DNA of 64,000 bases from Bacteroidales bacterium (GTDB lineage Bacteria; Bacteroidota; Bacteroidia; Bacteroidales; Muribaculaceae), in assembly GCA_015060975.1 (NCBI GenBank), contig SUXI01000005.1:55810-119809 (forward strand). The letters are read 5' to 3'. This document shows, in pieces, positions 35,760 to 45,047 of the stretch (its first letter is position 1; each line of letters starts with the position of its first letter). A model generated the notes under the pieces. That model was not told the DNA's origin, ran no database searches, and saw only the letters and a list, made by a program, of their open reading frames with translations. The position numbers and the translations under genes are program-made.

Positions 35760-35934
35760 TTTGGTAAGAGAGTGGCAATTTTCACAAAGATAGTGAAAAT
35801 CAATGAAATAACGAGCTCTTTCTGTTAACAAGATGCAATATAATGACTTTTACTTGCAACAAAAATCATCAACGATATTCCATAAAACACTGTCAATCAA
35901 CATTATACAGAATGAATGCCACTCTCTTACCAAA
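35760..35934. repeat. 175-bp element bounded by perfect 18-bp inverted repeats (tttggtaagagagtggca / tgccactctcttaccaaa); candidate invertible promoter or MITE
   Basis: Arms 35760-35777 and 35917-35934 are exact reverse complements; 139-bp core contains a TATCTTTG -7 box and an 8-bp hairpin (35778-35800). Confidence 0.85.
35785..35792 (-). promoter_or_regulatory. -7 box TATCTTTG inside the IR-bounded element, currently facing the minus-strand glycosidase genes
   Basis: caaagata on plus strand; the same 8-mer occurs at five other -7-like positions (23434, 30388, 40300, 41041, 51145). Confidence 0.4.
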
Positions 35935-36005
35935 AGAAGATAGCTAAATCTTAACATAATATATTAAATATCAATCACTTACAAACTAATACGTCATGTA
36001 GAATT

Positions 36006-36626
36006 ATGAAAAAACTATTTTTATCATTATTTGTGTCGGCTGTTGCCACAACTGCCATGGCAACCTATGATTACTCCGACATGAGGTCGCGAAGCTCATA
36101 TATAAATATAGGCTTCGGTTATAACACGTTTGAGATGGGAGACTTCCCCGAAATCAAAAGCAACTACGGCGGTACTTTCACTGTAGGAAACAGCTATTAC
36201 TTCCACAAGAAACCTATTGGCGGGCACTTCTTGATAGGGTTGGATGCCACTTGGTGCGACTTGAACTTTGCCGAATATGATTTGATTTACATAGGCAAAC
36301 AAGAGAATTTCAACTACGAGCTTTATCAAGCTACTGCCGCTATGCAAGTGGGTCCCTCGATCACCTATCAGGCTAATCCAAATTTCAAGATTCATGGATA
36401 TTTCCGATATGCACCGGGATATTCCGTTATGATGCTCGACGACGATTATTATGGAGGATTCTCATCGGCATTTGTGGGAGGCGGTGCCATCGCATTCAAA
36501 GCCATAGGAGTGGGTATTGAAGCCCGATTTGGCGAATGTGAATATTCGGCATTTGATGGCGGAATGAAAAACTTACCCTCCGCCTCATCAAATGGCTATA
36601 GGGCATATATTTCTTTTAGATTCTAA
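36006..36626 (+). CDS. Small outer-membrane beta-barrel protein
   Basis: 206 aa; signal peptide MKKLFLSLFVSAVATTAMA; alternating hydrophobic pattern; C-terminal ...RAYISFRF with terminal Phe. Confidence 0.6.
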   Translation: MKKLFLSLFVSAVATTAMATYDYSDMRSRSSYINIGFGYNTFEMGDFPEIKSNYGGTFTVGNSYYFHKKPIGGHFLIGLDATWCDLNFAEYDLIYIGKQENFNYELYQATAAMQVGPSITYQANPNFKIHGYFRYAPGYSVMMLDDDYYGGFSSAFVGGGAIAFKAIGVGIEARFGECEYSAFDGGMKNLPSASSNGYRAYISFRF

Positions 36627-36647
36627 CCTTTATAAACATTATTATAT

Positions 36648-37118
36648 ATGAAAAAAATACTTGTTGCGATAGCAGTGATAACAGCTATTGTATGTTTCAA
36701 TAGTTGTGAAGAGAACTATTTTGAATTACCCACAACCCATACTAACTTCATTGACAGTACTAAATCACAACGTGAATGGCTTATTGAATTTTACAACTTT
36801 TATAATGGTGACGAATGGATCAACAATGAAAACTGGTGTTCACCCTACCCTTTAAACACATGGTATGGCATTGAAACCGACTCAAACGGCTATGTTACAG
36901 CCATCCGCCTCCCAAATAATAACTTAAACAGAAATGATTACAAACAGTTCAACTTTAATCAGGTTCCATATCTTCGCATTCTTGATTTAAGCAATAATGG
37001 CTTAGTGTTTACTTCCCTTCCTAATAATCTTGAATATTTAGACATTAGTGGAAATAAATGTACTTACATAAATCTCGGTGGTACAAGATTAACAAATCTC
37101 AAATATTTCGATAATTGA
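36648..37118 (+). CDS. Leucine-rich-repeat lipoprotein, N-terminal fragment (probably the 5' part of a frameshifted gene)
   Basis: 156 aa; lipoprotein signal ...VCFNSC; LRR cap WYGIETDSNGYVTAIRLPNNNL; LDLSNNGL, LDISGNK; stops 4 nt before the next LRR ORF. Confidence 0.65.
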   Translation: MKKILVAIAVITAIVCFNSCEENYFELPTTHTNFIDSTKSQREWLIEFYNFYNGDEWINNENWCSPYPLNTWYGIETDSNGYVTAIRLPNNNLNRNDYKQFNFNQVPYLRILDLSNNGLVFTSLPNNLEYLDISGNKCTYINLGGTRLTNLKYFDN

Positions 37119-37122
37119 TTTA

Positions 37123-38127
37123 TTGTTTATCCACGATTTACCAAATCTTGAAACGCTTAAATTAGACAATATAAAATACAATGGTATTTCCCTTCACGGT
37201 CACACTTGCCCCAAACTAAAATTAAAACATTTAGATATAAGCCACAACAATGGAGATGGCTCCGGCTCAATTTTCATTACCGGTTGGGATAGCCTCCAAT
37301 CTTTAGATGTAAGCAATGTAACTGCCGATAATATCGGCAGTTATGCAGCAAGGAATCTAAAAAAGCTCAAGTGCAATAATATAATAGTATCAAATCTCAT
37401 ACTTGCAGGAAATGAAAATCTTAATTTTTGTAATATCGTAGATACTATAGACATCAGCAACTCAAAAATTAGTTCTGCTTCAATAAGACGAGCTCCTATA
37501 ACATCTTACATTAATGCAAATAATACATCTCTGCGTTATATACAGATATATGCTTGTTCTAATTTGCGCAGAATTAGTCTTAAAAACAGCCATATAAAAG
37601 GAGAATCAAGCGCAGTTAATTGTTCTAACAGCCCATTGTTAGAAACTATAGATATGCGTAATGCCAAATCTGATGGAACATCATTTGATATAGATGACAT
37701 TTGTCATCTCAAGAATATATATTGTGAAAATGCAATTGGTTTTAGATTTGTTTTTAGAGGGAATATGAAACAAATGAATATTACCGAAGATTTAAAAAAT
37801 TGCAATGTAACATTTTACGGAAAATGTGATACATTAAACATATCCAATTACAATGAAAACACTTTGTTAATCAATGACTGTAATTATTTAGATGTTTATA
37901 ATAGCAAAATTGGATTTAATAAATTGAATACGGTTAATAAGAAAGCTAATTTTGCGAACAGCGTCTGCGACAACTTGGTGTATAACAACTTTGCAAATGG
38001 TTGTTACCTGAATTTTGAAAACACTATACTAAATCAAATAAACGGTAATGCCGATGCCGAGCCAGTCAACGCCAATTGCTCGTTCTATCAAAGTTATACT
38101 GAATGGTATAACCACTTCCCCCGATAA
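37123..38127 (+). CDS. Leucine-rich-repeat protein, C-terminal fragment (TTG start in ORF track, no signal peptide)
   Basis: 334 aa; LPNLETLKLDN, LKHLDISHNNG, LQSLDVSN repeats. Frame +1 relative to 36648..37118 and already open from 37093. Confidence 0.6.
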   Translation: MFIHDLPNLETLKLDNIKYNGISLHGHTCPKLKLKHLDISHNNGDGSGSIFITGWDSLQSLDVSNVTADNIGSYAARNLKKLKCNNIIVSNLILAGNENLNFCNIVDTIDISNSKISSASIRRAPITSYINANNTSLRYIQIYACSNLRRISLKNSHIKGESSAVNCSNSPLLETIDMRNAKSDGTSFDIDDICHLKNIYCENAIGFRFVFRGNMKQMNITEDLKNCNVTFYGKCDTLNISNYNENTLLINDCNYLDVYNSKIGFNKLNTVNKKANFANSVCDNLVYNNFANGCYLNFENTILNQINGNADAEPVNANCSFYQSYTEWYNHFPR

Positions 38128-38150
38128 TAACATCACAAAACCACAAAAAA

Positions 38151-38187
38151 CAGATGCTGTGCAGATTTTCAATTTGCACAGCATCTG
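38151..38187. terminator. Bidirectional terminator between convergent LRR and OMP genes
   Basis: cagatgctgtgca-11 nt-tgcacagcatctg (13-bp perfect stem) flanked by A6 and T6. Confidence 0.7.
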
Positions 38188-38271
38188 TTTTTTGTTTGAT
38201 TTATGCTATAAAAATGTTATTGCCCTATAAAATTGGAAACGCAATAAATAGTAGGCAATTGCCGATGGTAA

Positions 38272-38889
38272 TTAAAACAAATATGCCAATCTAATATTCC
38301 ACGAACGGTTTTTTGCGCTGAAATCGTCAAGTTTGGCGGTTTTAACACTATATGTCACTCCCCAATTGTGGCTTGCCGAGAGTTGCCATTTCTTAAATAG
38401 CTCAACCCCTATTCCGGCTTGTAATCCCACTTCACCACCGGCATATTCAAGGGCGTCAATATTTCCATGACCGGCAAGGAGCGTAAAAGATGGACCGCCA
38501 AATACAAATGGTGCGCAATATTCTTCAAAGCCATTAAGACGCGTGAATTTGAATCGCAAATTTACAGGTATTTCAACACAATGCAAATAGGCTCGTTCTG
38601 TGCCATACCCATCAGATGCCCATACCTCTTTTTCGCCAAGATGCAATGTCGCACCTCGCTGTGAATACATCAGTCCAAAGTCAAGACCAAAACCAACACC
38701 GGGGAACATCAATTCAGAGAATCCGCCTACCGAATATCCCATCTCACTATCCACCGTAATTAAATCTTGAGAGAATTTGAGGTCATTCATACTTGCTCCG
38801 GCAATTACCCCATAGCGAAGTTGTGCATGTGTAATAGTTGCCCCCCAAAAGGCACTCATCACAATTATTGCTGTCAAAAACTTTCTCAT
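38272..38889 (-). CDS. Small outer-membrane beta-barrel (porin-family) protein
   Basis: 205 aa; signal peptide; ends ...NIRLAYLF; 15 nt downstream of hisS, so probably co-transcribed with it. Confidence 0.6.
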   Translation of the reverse strand: MRKFLTAIIVMSAFWGATITHAQLRYGVIAGASMNDLKFSQDLITVDSEMGYSVGGFSELMFPGVGFGLDFGLMYSQRGATLHLGEKEVWASDGYGTERAYLHCVEIPVNLRFKFTRLNGFEEYCAPFVFGGPSFTLLAGHGNIDALEYAGGEVGLQAGIGVELFKKWQLSASHNWGVTYSVKTAKLDDFSAKNRSWNIRLAYLF

Positions 38890-38904
38890 CGCAATATTTT
38901 GATT

Positions 38905-40269
38905 TTATTTCTTTATGATTTCTATTGCTTCTTCAACACTCACAAGCGACTGCTCACCTGTAACCATATTTTTAAGCATCATTTTATTTTGAGTCATTTC
39001 GGTCTCTCCCACTATTGCCACAAAAGGAATTGCCAATGCGTCGGCATAACCCATTTGTTTTTTCATTTTAGCGGCATCGGGATAAATTTCGGCGGCAATT
39101 CCGGCATTGCGCAACTCCTTGAGCATCTTCATTGAAGTCCCTGCCTCGGCTACGCCAAAATTCACAAACATCACCCGGGTTGAGTCTTTTGCTTCATCAG
39201 GATATAAATCAAGAGCATTAAGCACGTCATAAATGCGGTCGGCACCAAATGAGATACCCACGCCCGATACTCCAGAAAGCCCAAACACACCTGTCAAGTT
39301 ATCATAACGACCTCCACCTGTGATGCTGCCTATAACAACATCTTGCGCTTTAACCTCAATGATTGTTCCGGTGTAGTAGTTTAATCCGCGCGCCAACGAC
39401 ACATCTAGATCGAGCGTTGCACGCAATCCTAACACCTCGACACCCGAAACCACTTCACGCAATTCTTTCACTCCAAGTGCTCCGATCTCAGATGTGGCAA
39501 GTAATGATTCGAGTTGCTCCAAACGCTCGCTGATAGAGCCGTCAATAGCAAGTATAGGTTGTAATGTGACAATTGCCTCATCACTCAATCCTCGTTCACG
39601 CAATTCGGCATTTACGTTGTCGATACCTATTTTATCGATTTTGTCTATTGCCACCGTGATGTCGATAATCTTTTCGGGAGCGCCAATCAACTCGGCAATA
39701 CCGGCAAGCACCTTGCGATTATTGAGCTTGATTGTGATATTGATTTTCAATCGGCTGAACACTTCATCAACCAATTGCAACAATTCTATCTCATTAACCA
39801 ACGAATCACTGCCAACAATATCGGCATCGCATTGATAAAACTCGCGATAACGACCTTTTTGGGGACGATCGGCACGCCACACTGGTTGAATTTGGAATCG
39901 TTTAAAGGGGAATTGCAACTCATTACGATGCTGCACCACATAGCGTGCAAAAGGCACTGTCAAGTCATAACGCAACCCCTTTTCGCATATCTGAGATGTT
40001 AGATGCACATAATCATCATTTTCAACAAGCGCTTTATCAGCTCCTCTTAAAAAATCACCCGAATTAAGTATTTTGAACAACAATTTATCACCTTCTTCGC
40101 CATATTTACCCATCAAGGTTGACAGATTCTCCATGGCAGGAGTTTCTATTTGTTTAAAACCATAAAGTTTAAACACTTCACGAATCGTGTCAAAAATATA
40201 GTTACGACGAGCCATTTCTATAGGCGAAAAGTCGCGTGTTCCCTTTGGAATTGACGGTTTTTGTGCCAT
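38905..40269 (-). CDS. hisS: Histidine--tRNA ligase
   Basis: 454 aa; KGTRDFSP, class II aaRS motifs ([30 protein letters not shown]), C-terminal anticodon-binding domain. Confidence 0.95.
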   Translation of the reverse strand: MAQKPSIPKGTRDFSPIEMARRNYIFDTIREVFKLYGFKQIETPAMENLSTLMGKYGEEGDKLLFKILNSGDFLRGADKALVENDDYVHLTSQICEKGLRYDLTVPFARYVVQHRNELQFPFKRFQIQPVWRADRPQKGRYREFYQCDADIVGSDSLVNEIELLQLVDEVFSRLKINITIKLNNRKVLAGIAELIGAPEKIIDITVAIDKIDKIGIDNVNAELRERGLSDEAIVTLQPILAIDGSISERLEQLESLLATSEIGALGVKELREVVSGVEVLGLRATLDLDVSLARGLNYYTGTIIEVKAQDVVIGSITGGGRYDNLTGVFGLSGVSGVGISFGADRIYDVLNALDLYPDEAKDSTRVMFVNFGVAEAGTSMKMLKELRNAGIAAEIYPDAAKMKKQMGYADALAIPFVAIVGETEMTQNKMMLKNMVTGEQSLVSVEEAIEIIKK

Positions 40270-40299
40270 TATTATTTTCTACAATTAAATTTTATCGTG

Positions 40300-40307
40300 C
40301 AAAGATA
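40300..40307 (-). promoter_or_regulatory. Candidate -7 box TATCTTTG upstream of hisS
   Basis: caaagata on plus strand, 30 nt upstream of ATG 40269. Confidence 0.45.
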
Positions 40308-40322
40308 CGAAAATAATTGAGG

Positions 40323-41000
40323 TTAATCACGTCGTCCCATAAATATTAGCACATAATATATTAATGTAGCAAGAGAGCCAAGAGCGGCTACAACGTAGGT
40401 ATATGCCGCACTTTTAAGCGCATCTTTTGCATATTCATGTGTTGCTCCGTTTGTGATATTGGCTGAATTGAGCCAAGCCAAAGCACGGCGAGAGGCGTCG
40501 ATTTCAACCGGCAGTGTCACAAAACTAAACAAAGTAGTTATTGCAAACAACACAATTCCGGCAAGCAAAAGTCCGGGGAACGAATTTACCATTATAATAC
40601 CTCCAAGCAACAACCACGGAGTTATTTTTGATGCAAAACTAACCGCCGGCACCATTTTCGACCTCATTGTGAGCCAAGCGTATGCTCGGGCATCTTGCAC
40701 TGCGTGACCACATTCGTGGGCCGCCACTGCCGCCGCGGCAATACTATTACTTCCATACACAGCTTCACTTAAATTCACTGTTTTATCCAATGGATTATAA
40801 TGGTCGGTCAATCGTCCATTAACCTGCGTCACCTTCACATCATACAGTCCACTTTGCGAAAGCATTTGTTGAGCTACATCGCAACCTCGCATGCCATTTG
40901 GCAACGGTATTTGTGAATATTTTTCAAATTTACTATTCAATCGAGCTTGAACTATATAGCTCGCAAGGGCGATAAGCCCAAAAATCACATAAATTGACAT
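40323..41000 (-). CDS. Membrane zinc metallopeptidase (YugP/Zn_peptidase_2 family)
   Basis: 225 aa; HECGHAVQ zinc motif; N- and C-terminal TM helices. Confidence 0.8.
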   Translation of the reverse strand: MSIYVIFGLIALASYIVQARLNSKFEKYSQIPLPNGMRGCDVAQQMLSQSGLYDVKVTQVNGRLTDHYNPLDKTVNLSEAVYGSNSIAAAAVAAHECGHAVQDARAYAWLTMRSKMVPAVSFASKITPWLLLGGIIMVNSFPGLLLAGIVLFAITTLFSFVTLPVEIDASRRALAWLNSANITNGATHEYAKDALKSAAYTYVVAALGSLATLIYYVLIFMGRRD

Positions 41001-41040
41001 AATCTAAAAATTTATAGTTATTAATTAACCTATATAATTA

Positions 41041-41048
41041 CAAAGATA
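41041..41048 (-). promoter_or_regulatory. Candidate -7 box TATCTTTG upstream of the zinc metallopeptidase gene
   Basis: caaagata on plus strand, 40 nt upstream of ATG 41000. Confidence 0.45.
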
Positions 41049-41229
41049 ATGCCAACCATATTTATATGGAAATTATGTAATACTTTTTTGGAACTTTTGG
41101 CAATTGTTGAATCCAAATAGAATATACGATAGAACATAAAAACCAATTAGACCTACGCATTTTTGGGCGATTTGATTGTAAATACAAGAATTGTTGCTAA
41201 CTTTACATTTTCAAAAAACACAAAGAAAA

Positions 41230-41682
41230 ATGATATTAGGAGAAATAACCGATTTAGCTAAAATTACCACTGGAAATGAATTACTCAATGAAGCAATTCG
41301 TTGGGTCGCCAACCATTACAAAGACAAATTTGAAAAAGGCACTCTCCTTCTTAACGACGAAGGTTCACTCAAAGTAAACCGCGAGGAAGTAGCTATGCTT
41401 CCCCAAGGGAAACAAATGCTTGAAGTTCACCGTAAATTCATCGACATTCATGTGCCATTATCAGAAGAAGAAACAATAGGATGGGCTTCTACCCAACGTT
41501 TAAGAAACATCACCAAAGAATACGATGACGAAAATGATATAATGTTTTTTGGAGATGAGCCACAAAGCTATATTACAGTAAAGCCCGGACAATGTGTAAT
41601 CTTTTTTCCCGAAGACGCTCATGCGCCAAATATAGGGGTGGGATTGCATCGAAAATATTGCGTCAAAATTGTCATTGATTAA
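41230..41682 (+). CDS. YhcH/YjgK/YiaL (DUF386) family protein
   Basis: ORF track begins at TTG 41191; ATG 41230 (MILGEITDLAK) preferred. HRKFIDIHVPLSEEETIGW and FFPEDAHAPN are typical of the family. Confidence 0.7.
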   Translation: MILGEITDLAKITTGNELLNEAIRWVANHYKDKFEKGTLLLNDEGSLKVNREEVAMLPQGKQMLEVHRKFIDIHVPLSEEETIGWASTQRLRNITKEYDDENDIMFFGDEPQSYITVKPGQCVIFFPEDAHAPNIGVGLHRKYCVKIVID

Positions 41683-41715
41683 ACCTATGACTTTTTATCG
41701 GGTCTATATTGCATT

Positions 41716-42477
41716 ATGAAATCATTTTTTTTATCAATAGTAATTTTAGTTTCAATTATAGGGCAGAGTGCCACAGCCACAACGTTTAATGACGAGCAAC
41801 TCCATTACAAAATCATGTATAAATGGGGGCTGATTAACAAAAAGGCCGGTACTGCCGCATTAACACTAAAAAATAAAGGGCTAAACTATAAGACTCAGCT
41901 TGTGGCAAAATCAGAACCTTGGGCTGATAGGTTTTATATGGTGCGCGACACCCTTAACGGTCTAATCATAAAAGACGGTTTTATACCCACTTTCTACGAA
42001 AAAATAGCACATGAGGGTGGTGATTTCAAACACGATATTGTAAAATACTCCCGAAATGGCAACAATGTCATAGGCTATTGTACCCGCATCAAACAAAAAG
42101 AAGACGATGTAAAAGCATCTAAAAAAGAACATATTATTTCAGCCACAGGAACTACCGTTGACATGCTAAGTGTATTTTATTACATGAGGTCGCTCAACTA
42201 CGATAAGATGAAAAGTGGTGATGTAATAAAATTAAACATATTCTCGGGTAAACGCAAGGAGTTACTCACAATTAAATATCGTGGGACAAAGAATGTTTCA
42301 TACGACAAAAAGTCTTACAATTGTTATCATATAAGTTTCACATTCACGTCTGATGGCAATAAAAAAACATCTGATGACATGGACGCATGGATTTCATCTG
42401 ACATTCGGCGCATTCCGGTAAAACTTGAAGGCTCATTGCCTGTAGGAAAAGTTCAATGCTTCTATACAGGGGGATAA
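41716..42477 (+). CDS. DUF3108 domain protein, exported
   Basis: 253 aa; signal peptide; LHYKIMYKWGLINKKAGTAALTL start typical of DUF3108. Confidence 0.55.
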   Translation: MKSFFLSIVILVSIIGQSATATTFNDEQLHYKIMYKWGLINKKAGTAALTLKNKGLNYKTQLVAKSEPWADRFYMVRDTLNGLIIKDGFIPTFYEKIAHEGGDFKHDIVKYSRNGNNVIGYCTRIKQKEDDVKASKKEHIISATGTTVDMLSVFYYMRSLNYDKMKSGDVIKLNIFSGKRKELLTIKYRGTKNVSYDKKSYNCYHISFTFTSDGNKKTSDDMDAWISSDIRRIPVKLEGSLPVGKVQCFYTGG

Positions 42478-42495
42478 CCCATTAATAAATTAAAC

Positions 42496-44073
42496 ATGAC
42501 CAATAGATTTATAACATTTTTTTGCTGCATCAATTGTCTGCTATTAATCTCTTGCGACTTCAGAAAATCAACCGATAATAACAGCGAAAGCATACCCGAT
42601 TCAGCAATAGTCACTAAATCAAAAACGATTGAACATCATCCCGACACCGTTTTTTCATCGGTTAAGAAGTTAAAAACAATCAAAGTTGACACTTTTCTAA
42701 GAGATGTCAATGGGAAAATTGAAGACTTTAACAACAAATATGCCTCGGTCGATGGCATTCTCACTTTTCGTGGGGATCCGTCTCGTGAAACCTCATTCAC
42801 AGGCAAAGTAAAAGGGAAACCATCAAAAGTAATTGTCGATTGGGTTTTCCACACCGGAGAAGGAGTAACACCTCGATGGGGAGGGGGCTCGGGATGGACA
42901 GGTCAACCATTATATGTAAATTGGACCGACAAACAGGTTAAACGCATAAAAGCGTCGGCTTCAAAACACTTATATCCCGAATTCTCAAATCAAGAAATAA
43001 TTATAGGGTCTCTTGCCGGTAAAGTTTTTTTCATTGATTTCAATACAGGAAAGGCTTCTCGCAAGCCCTACAATGTCAAGAATCCGATAAAAGGTACAGC
43101 GTCAATAGATCCATCGATGAACGGCAATATTTTTGTGGGACAAGGCATTCCCGACTCCCGTCCATTTGGCGCAATCGTATTTAATCTATATAACCACAAA
43201 GAGATTTCATTTTTTAAAGAAGACCGCAATGCATGGCGAGCATGGGGCGCATACGATTCTTCTCCAATCGCCGTTGGTCAATTTATTTTCCGTCCCGGAG
43301 AAAATGGCACAATATATAAACTATACAGCGATGGAGATAGTATTATAACACATTCAACACTTCGCTATAGAAACGGCAAAGGTGGTGGTGGCATTGAATC
43401 ATCAATGGCTATTCATCGCAATTATGGATATTTCGCCGATAATGAAGGCTTTATAATTTGCATCAACCTCAACAATCTAAAACCAGTGTGGGTACATCAT
43501 AATTATGACGATACCGACGCAACAATTGTTGCAACCGAAGAAAACGGCGTTCCATTTATTTACACCGGATGTGAAATAGATTCACAAGGACCCAATGGAT
43601 TCTGCTGGTTTACCAAACTAAACGGTTTGACAGGAGAAGTTGTGTGGAGTACAAAAATTGAAGGAAAATGCCTTAACGTTGGGGAGAAGAAAATTGAAGG
43701 AGGAATGTTTTCCACCCCCCTTATTGGTCATGGAGACTGCGAAGGTTTGATTTTTTCTAACTTCTGCGTTCATAAACCAGGTTATCTTGGCGAGTTTATC
43801 GCCTTTGACCGTAACAATGGAGAAATCATATACCGCAACAAATTAAAACAATATTCATGGACATCTCCCATTGCATTATATAACGAACAAAACGAAATGT
43901 TTGTGTTTACAGGCGACACTTCGGGCAATGTATATCTGTTCCAAGGAAAAACCGGTGATTTGCTTCACACCTCGCATATAGGAAACAATTTTGAATCCTC
44001 CCCTATAGTAATTGGCAATAAAGTAATATGCGGTTCACGTGGAACACAAATATATAAAATGTCGGTAGAATAA
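42496..44073 (+). CDS. PQQ-like (BamB-like) beta-propeller repeat lipoprotein
   Basis: 525 aa; lipobox LLISC; repeated G.V.W-type blades (LKPVWVHH, GEVVWSTK, GEIIYRNK). Confidence 0.55.
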   Translation: MTNRFITFFCCINCLLLISCDFRKSTDNNSESIPDSAIVTKSKTIEHHPDTVFSSVKKLKTIKVDTFLRDVNGKIEDFNNKYASVDGILTFRGDPSRETSFTGKVKGKPSKVIVDWVFHTGEGVTPRWGGGSGWTGQPLYVNWTDKQVKRIKASASKHLYPEFSNQEIIIGSLAGKVFFIDFNTGKASRKPYNVKNPIKGTASIDPSMNGNIFVGQGIPDSRPFGAIVFNLYNHKEISFFKEDRNAWRAWGAYDSSPIAVGQFIFRPGENGTIYKLYSDGDSIITHSTLRYRNGKGGGGIESSMAIHRNYGYFADNEGFIICINLNNLKPVWVHHNYDDTDATIVATEENGVPFIYTGCEIDSQGPNGFCWFTKLNGLTGEVVWSTKIEGKCLNVGEKKIEGGMFSTPLIGHGDCEGLIFSNFCVHKPGYLGEFIAFDRNNGEIIYRNKLKQYSWTSPIALYNEQNEMFVFTGDTSGNVYLFQGKTGDLLHTSHIGNNFESSPIVIGNKVICGSRGTQIYKMSVE

Positions 44074-44091
44074 ATTATAAAAACCATATAC

Positions 44092-44991
44092 ATGAAACGA
44101 CTAATATTTACAATATTTTTGGCACTGGCTATTGCTATTCCTTATTCCCATGCAAAGCTAAATGCCATTAACGGAAAAGTTAAAGATGGGTATAATTTTT
44201 GGTTATATGAACCTGAAACAAAACATGAACCCGAGTTAAATGCCACCATCGACAGTACTGCAATCAACGACAGCACCGGTTTGATTATTGACACCATATC
44301 TCACAAAAAACCGCTTGTGATATTTTTGCATGGTCGAAGCCTTTGTGGCAATAACTTGAATAAGGTTCTCAGATATGGCACAATTGCAGCCGTGAAAGGA
44401 GGTCGAAAGATAGATGCATATATCGTTGCGCCACAAAACCCGGGCTCATTTTGGAAACCCGAAAAGATAATGAATGTAGTGGATTGGGTATCGGAAAGAC
44501 ACCCTATTGATTCCACTCGCATTTATGTATTAGGCATGAGCTTAGGCGGATATGGAACAATCGACCTCGTTGCTACATATCCCCACCGCATTGCAGCCGC
44601 AATGGCTCTTTGTGGAGGTGGCTCACGCAAAGATTTAAGCGGACTTAATGAAGTGCCTTTATGGATTATCCATGGCACTGCCGACCGTGCTGTTTCTGTC
44701 AATGAATCACGCAAAGTAAAAAACAAAATGAAAGAAGCCGGCGAAACGCCATTACTTCGTTACGATGAATGGACCGGAGTCAATCATGGAGCTTTAGCTC
44801 GACTTTTTTACCTCGATAAAACATACCAATGGCTATTTAAGCACACTCTCAATAATCGCACTGTTGACAAATCAATTACAATAACACAAAGCGACACCAA
44901 GAATGCATATAAAGGGTTCAAACATCGTTCATCGTCAAAAAACAAATCAAAAGCAAAAAAGAAATCAAAAAGAAGCACTAAGAAGAAGTAG
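44092..44991 (+). CDS. Secreted alpha/beta-hydrolase (esterase/peptidase S9-like) with polybasic C-terminal tail
   Basis: 299 aa; signal peptide; nucleophile elbow GMSLGG; IHGTADRAV; tail SSSKNKSKAKKKSKRSTKKK. Confidence 0.65.
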   Translation: MKRLIFTIFLALAIAIPYSHAKLNAINGKVKDGYNFWLYEPETKHEPELNATIDSTAINDSTGLIIDTISHKKPLVIFLHGRSLCGNNLNKVLRYGTIAAVKGGRKIDAYIVAPQNPGSFWKPEKIMNVVDWVSERHPIDSTRIYVLGMSLGGYGTIDLVATYPHRIAAAMALCGGGSRKDLSGLNEVPLWIIHGTADRAVSVNESRKVKNKMKEAGETPLLRYDEWTGVNHGALARLFYLDKTYQWLFKHTLNNRTVDKSITITQSDTKNAYKGFKHRSSSKNKSKAKKKSKRSTKKK

Positions 44992-45012
44992 TAGGAATAA
45001 TTAATAAAACAC

Positions 45013-45047
45013 AAAGGCTTGATTGAAAAATAATCAATCAAGCCTTT
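45013..45047. terminator. Bidirectional terminator between convergent hydrolase and pgeF genes
   Basis: aaaggcttgattga-7 nt-tcaatcaagccttt (14-bp perfect stem); overlaps the pgeF stop codon. Confidence 0.6.

Noticed and set aside
23433-35794. Shared ACAAAGATA(G/A)T motif upstream of all three units of the wall cluster (23433, 30387, 35784) as a cluster-specific regulon signature
   Set aside because: The same caaagata 8-mer also precedes hisS (40300), the Zn peptidase gene (41041) and sits at 51145. It is therefore best read as this organism's generic strong -7 box (TATCTTTG), which supports promoter calls but not specific co-regulation.
41191-41229. N-terminal extensions proposed by the ORF track (41191, 45838, 51944, 56864, 60524, 60751, 61340, 18910)
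   Set aside because: The extensions overlap upstream genes or promoter -7 boxes, often start at TTG/GTG, and precede an internal ATG that gives a typical N-terminus or signal peptide. The internal starts were used instead.
44932-44991. Polybasic tail SSSKNKSKAKKKSKRSTKKK of the alpha/beta hydrolase as a special targeting signal
   Set aside because: It is noted in the feature list, but similar short lysine-rich ends occur on other proteins here (for example, the 1002-aa protein). I have no basis to assign it a function.
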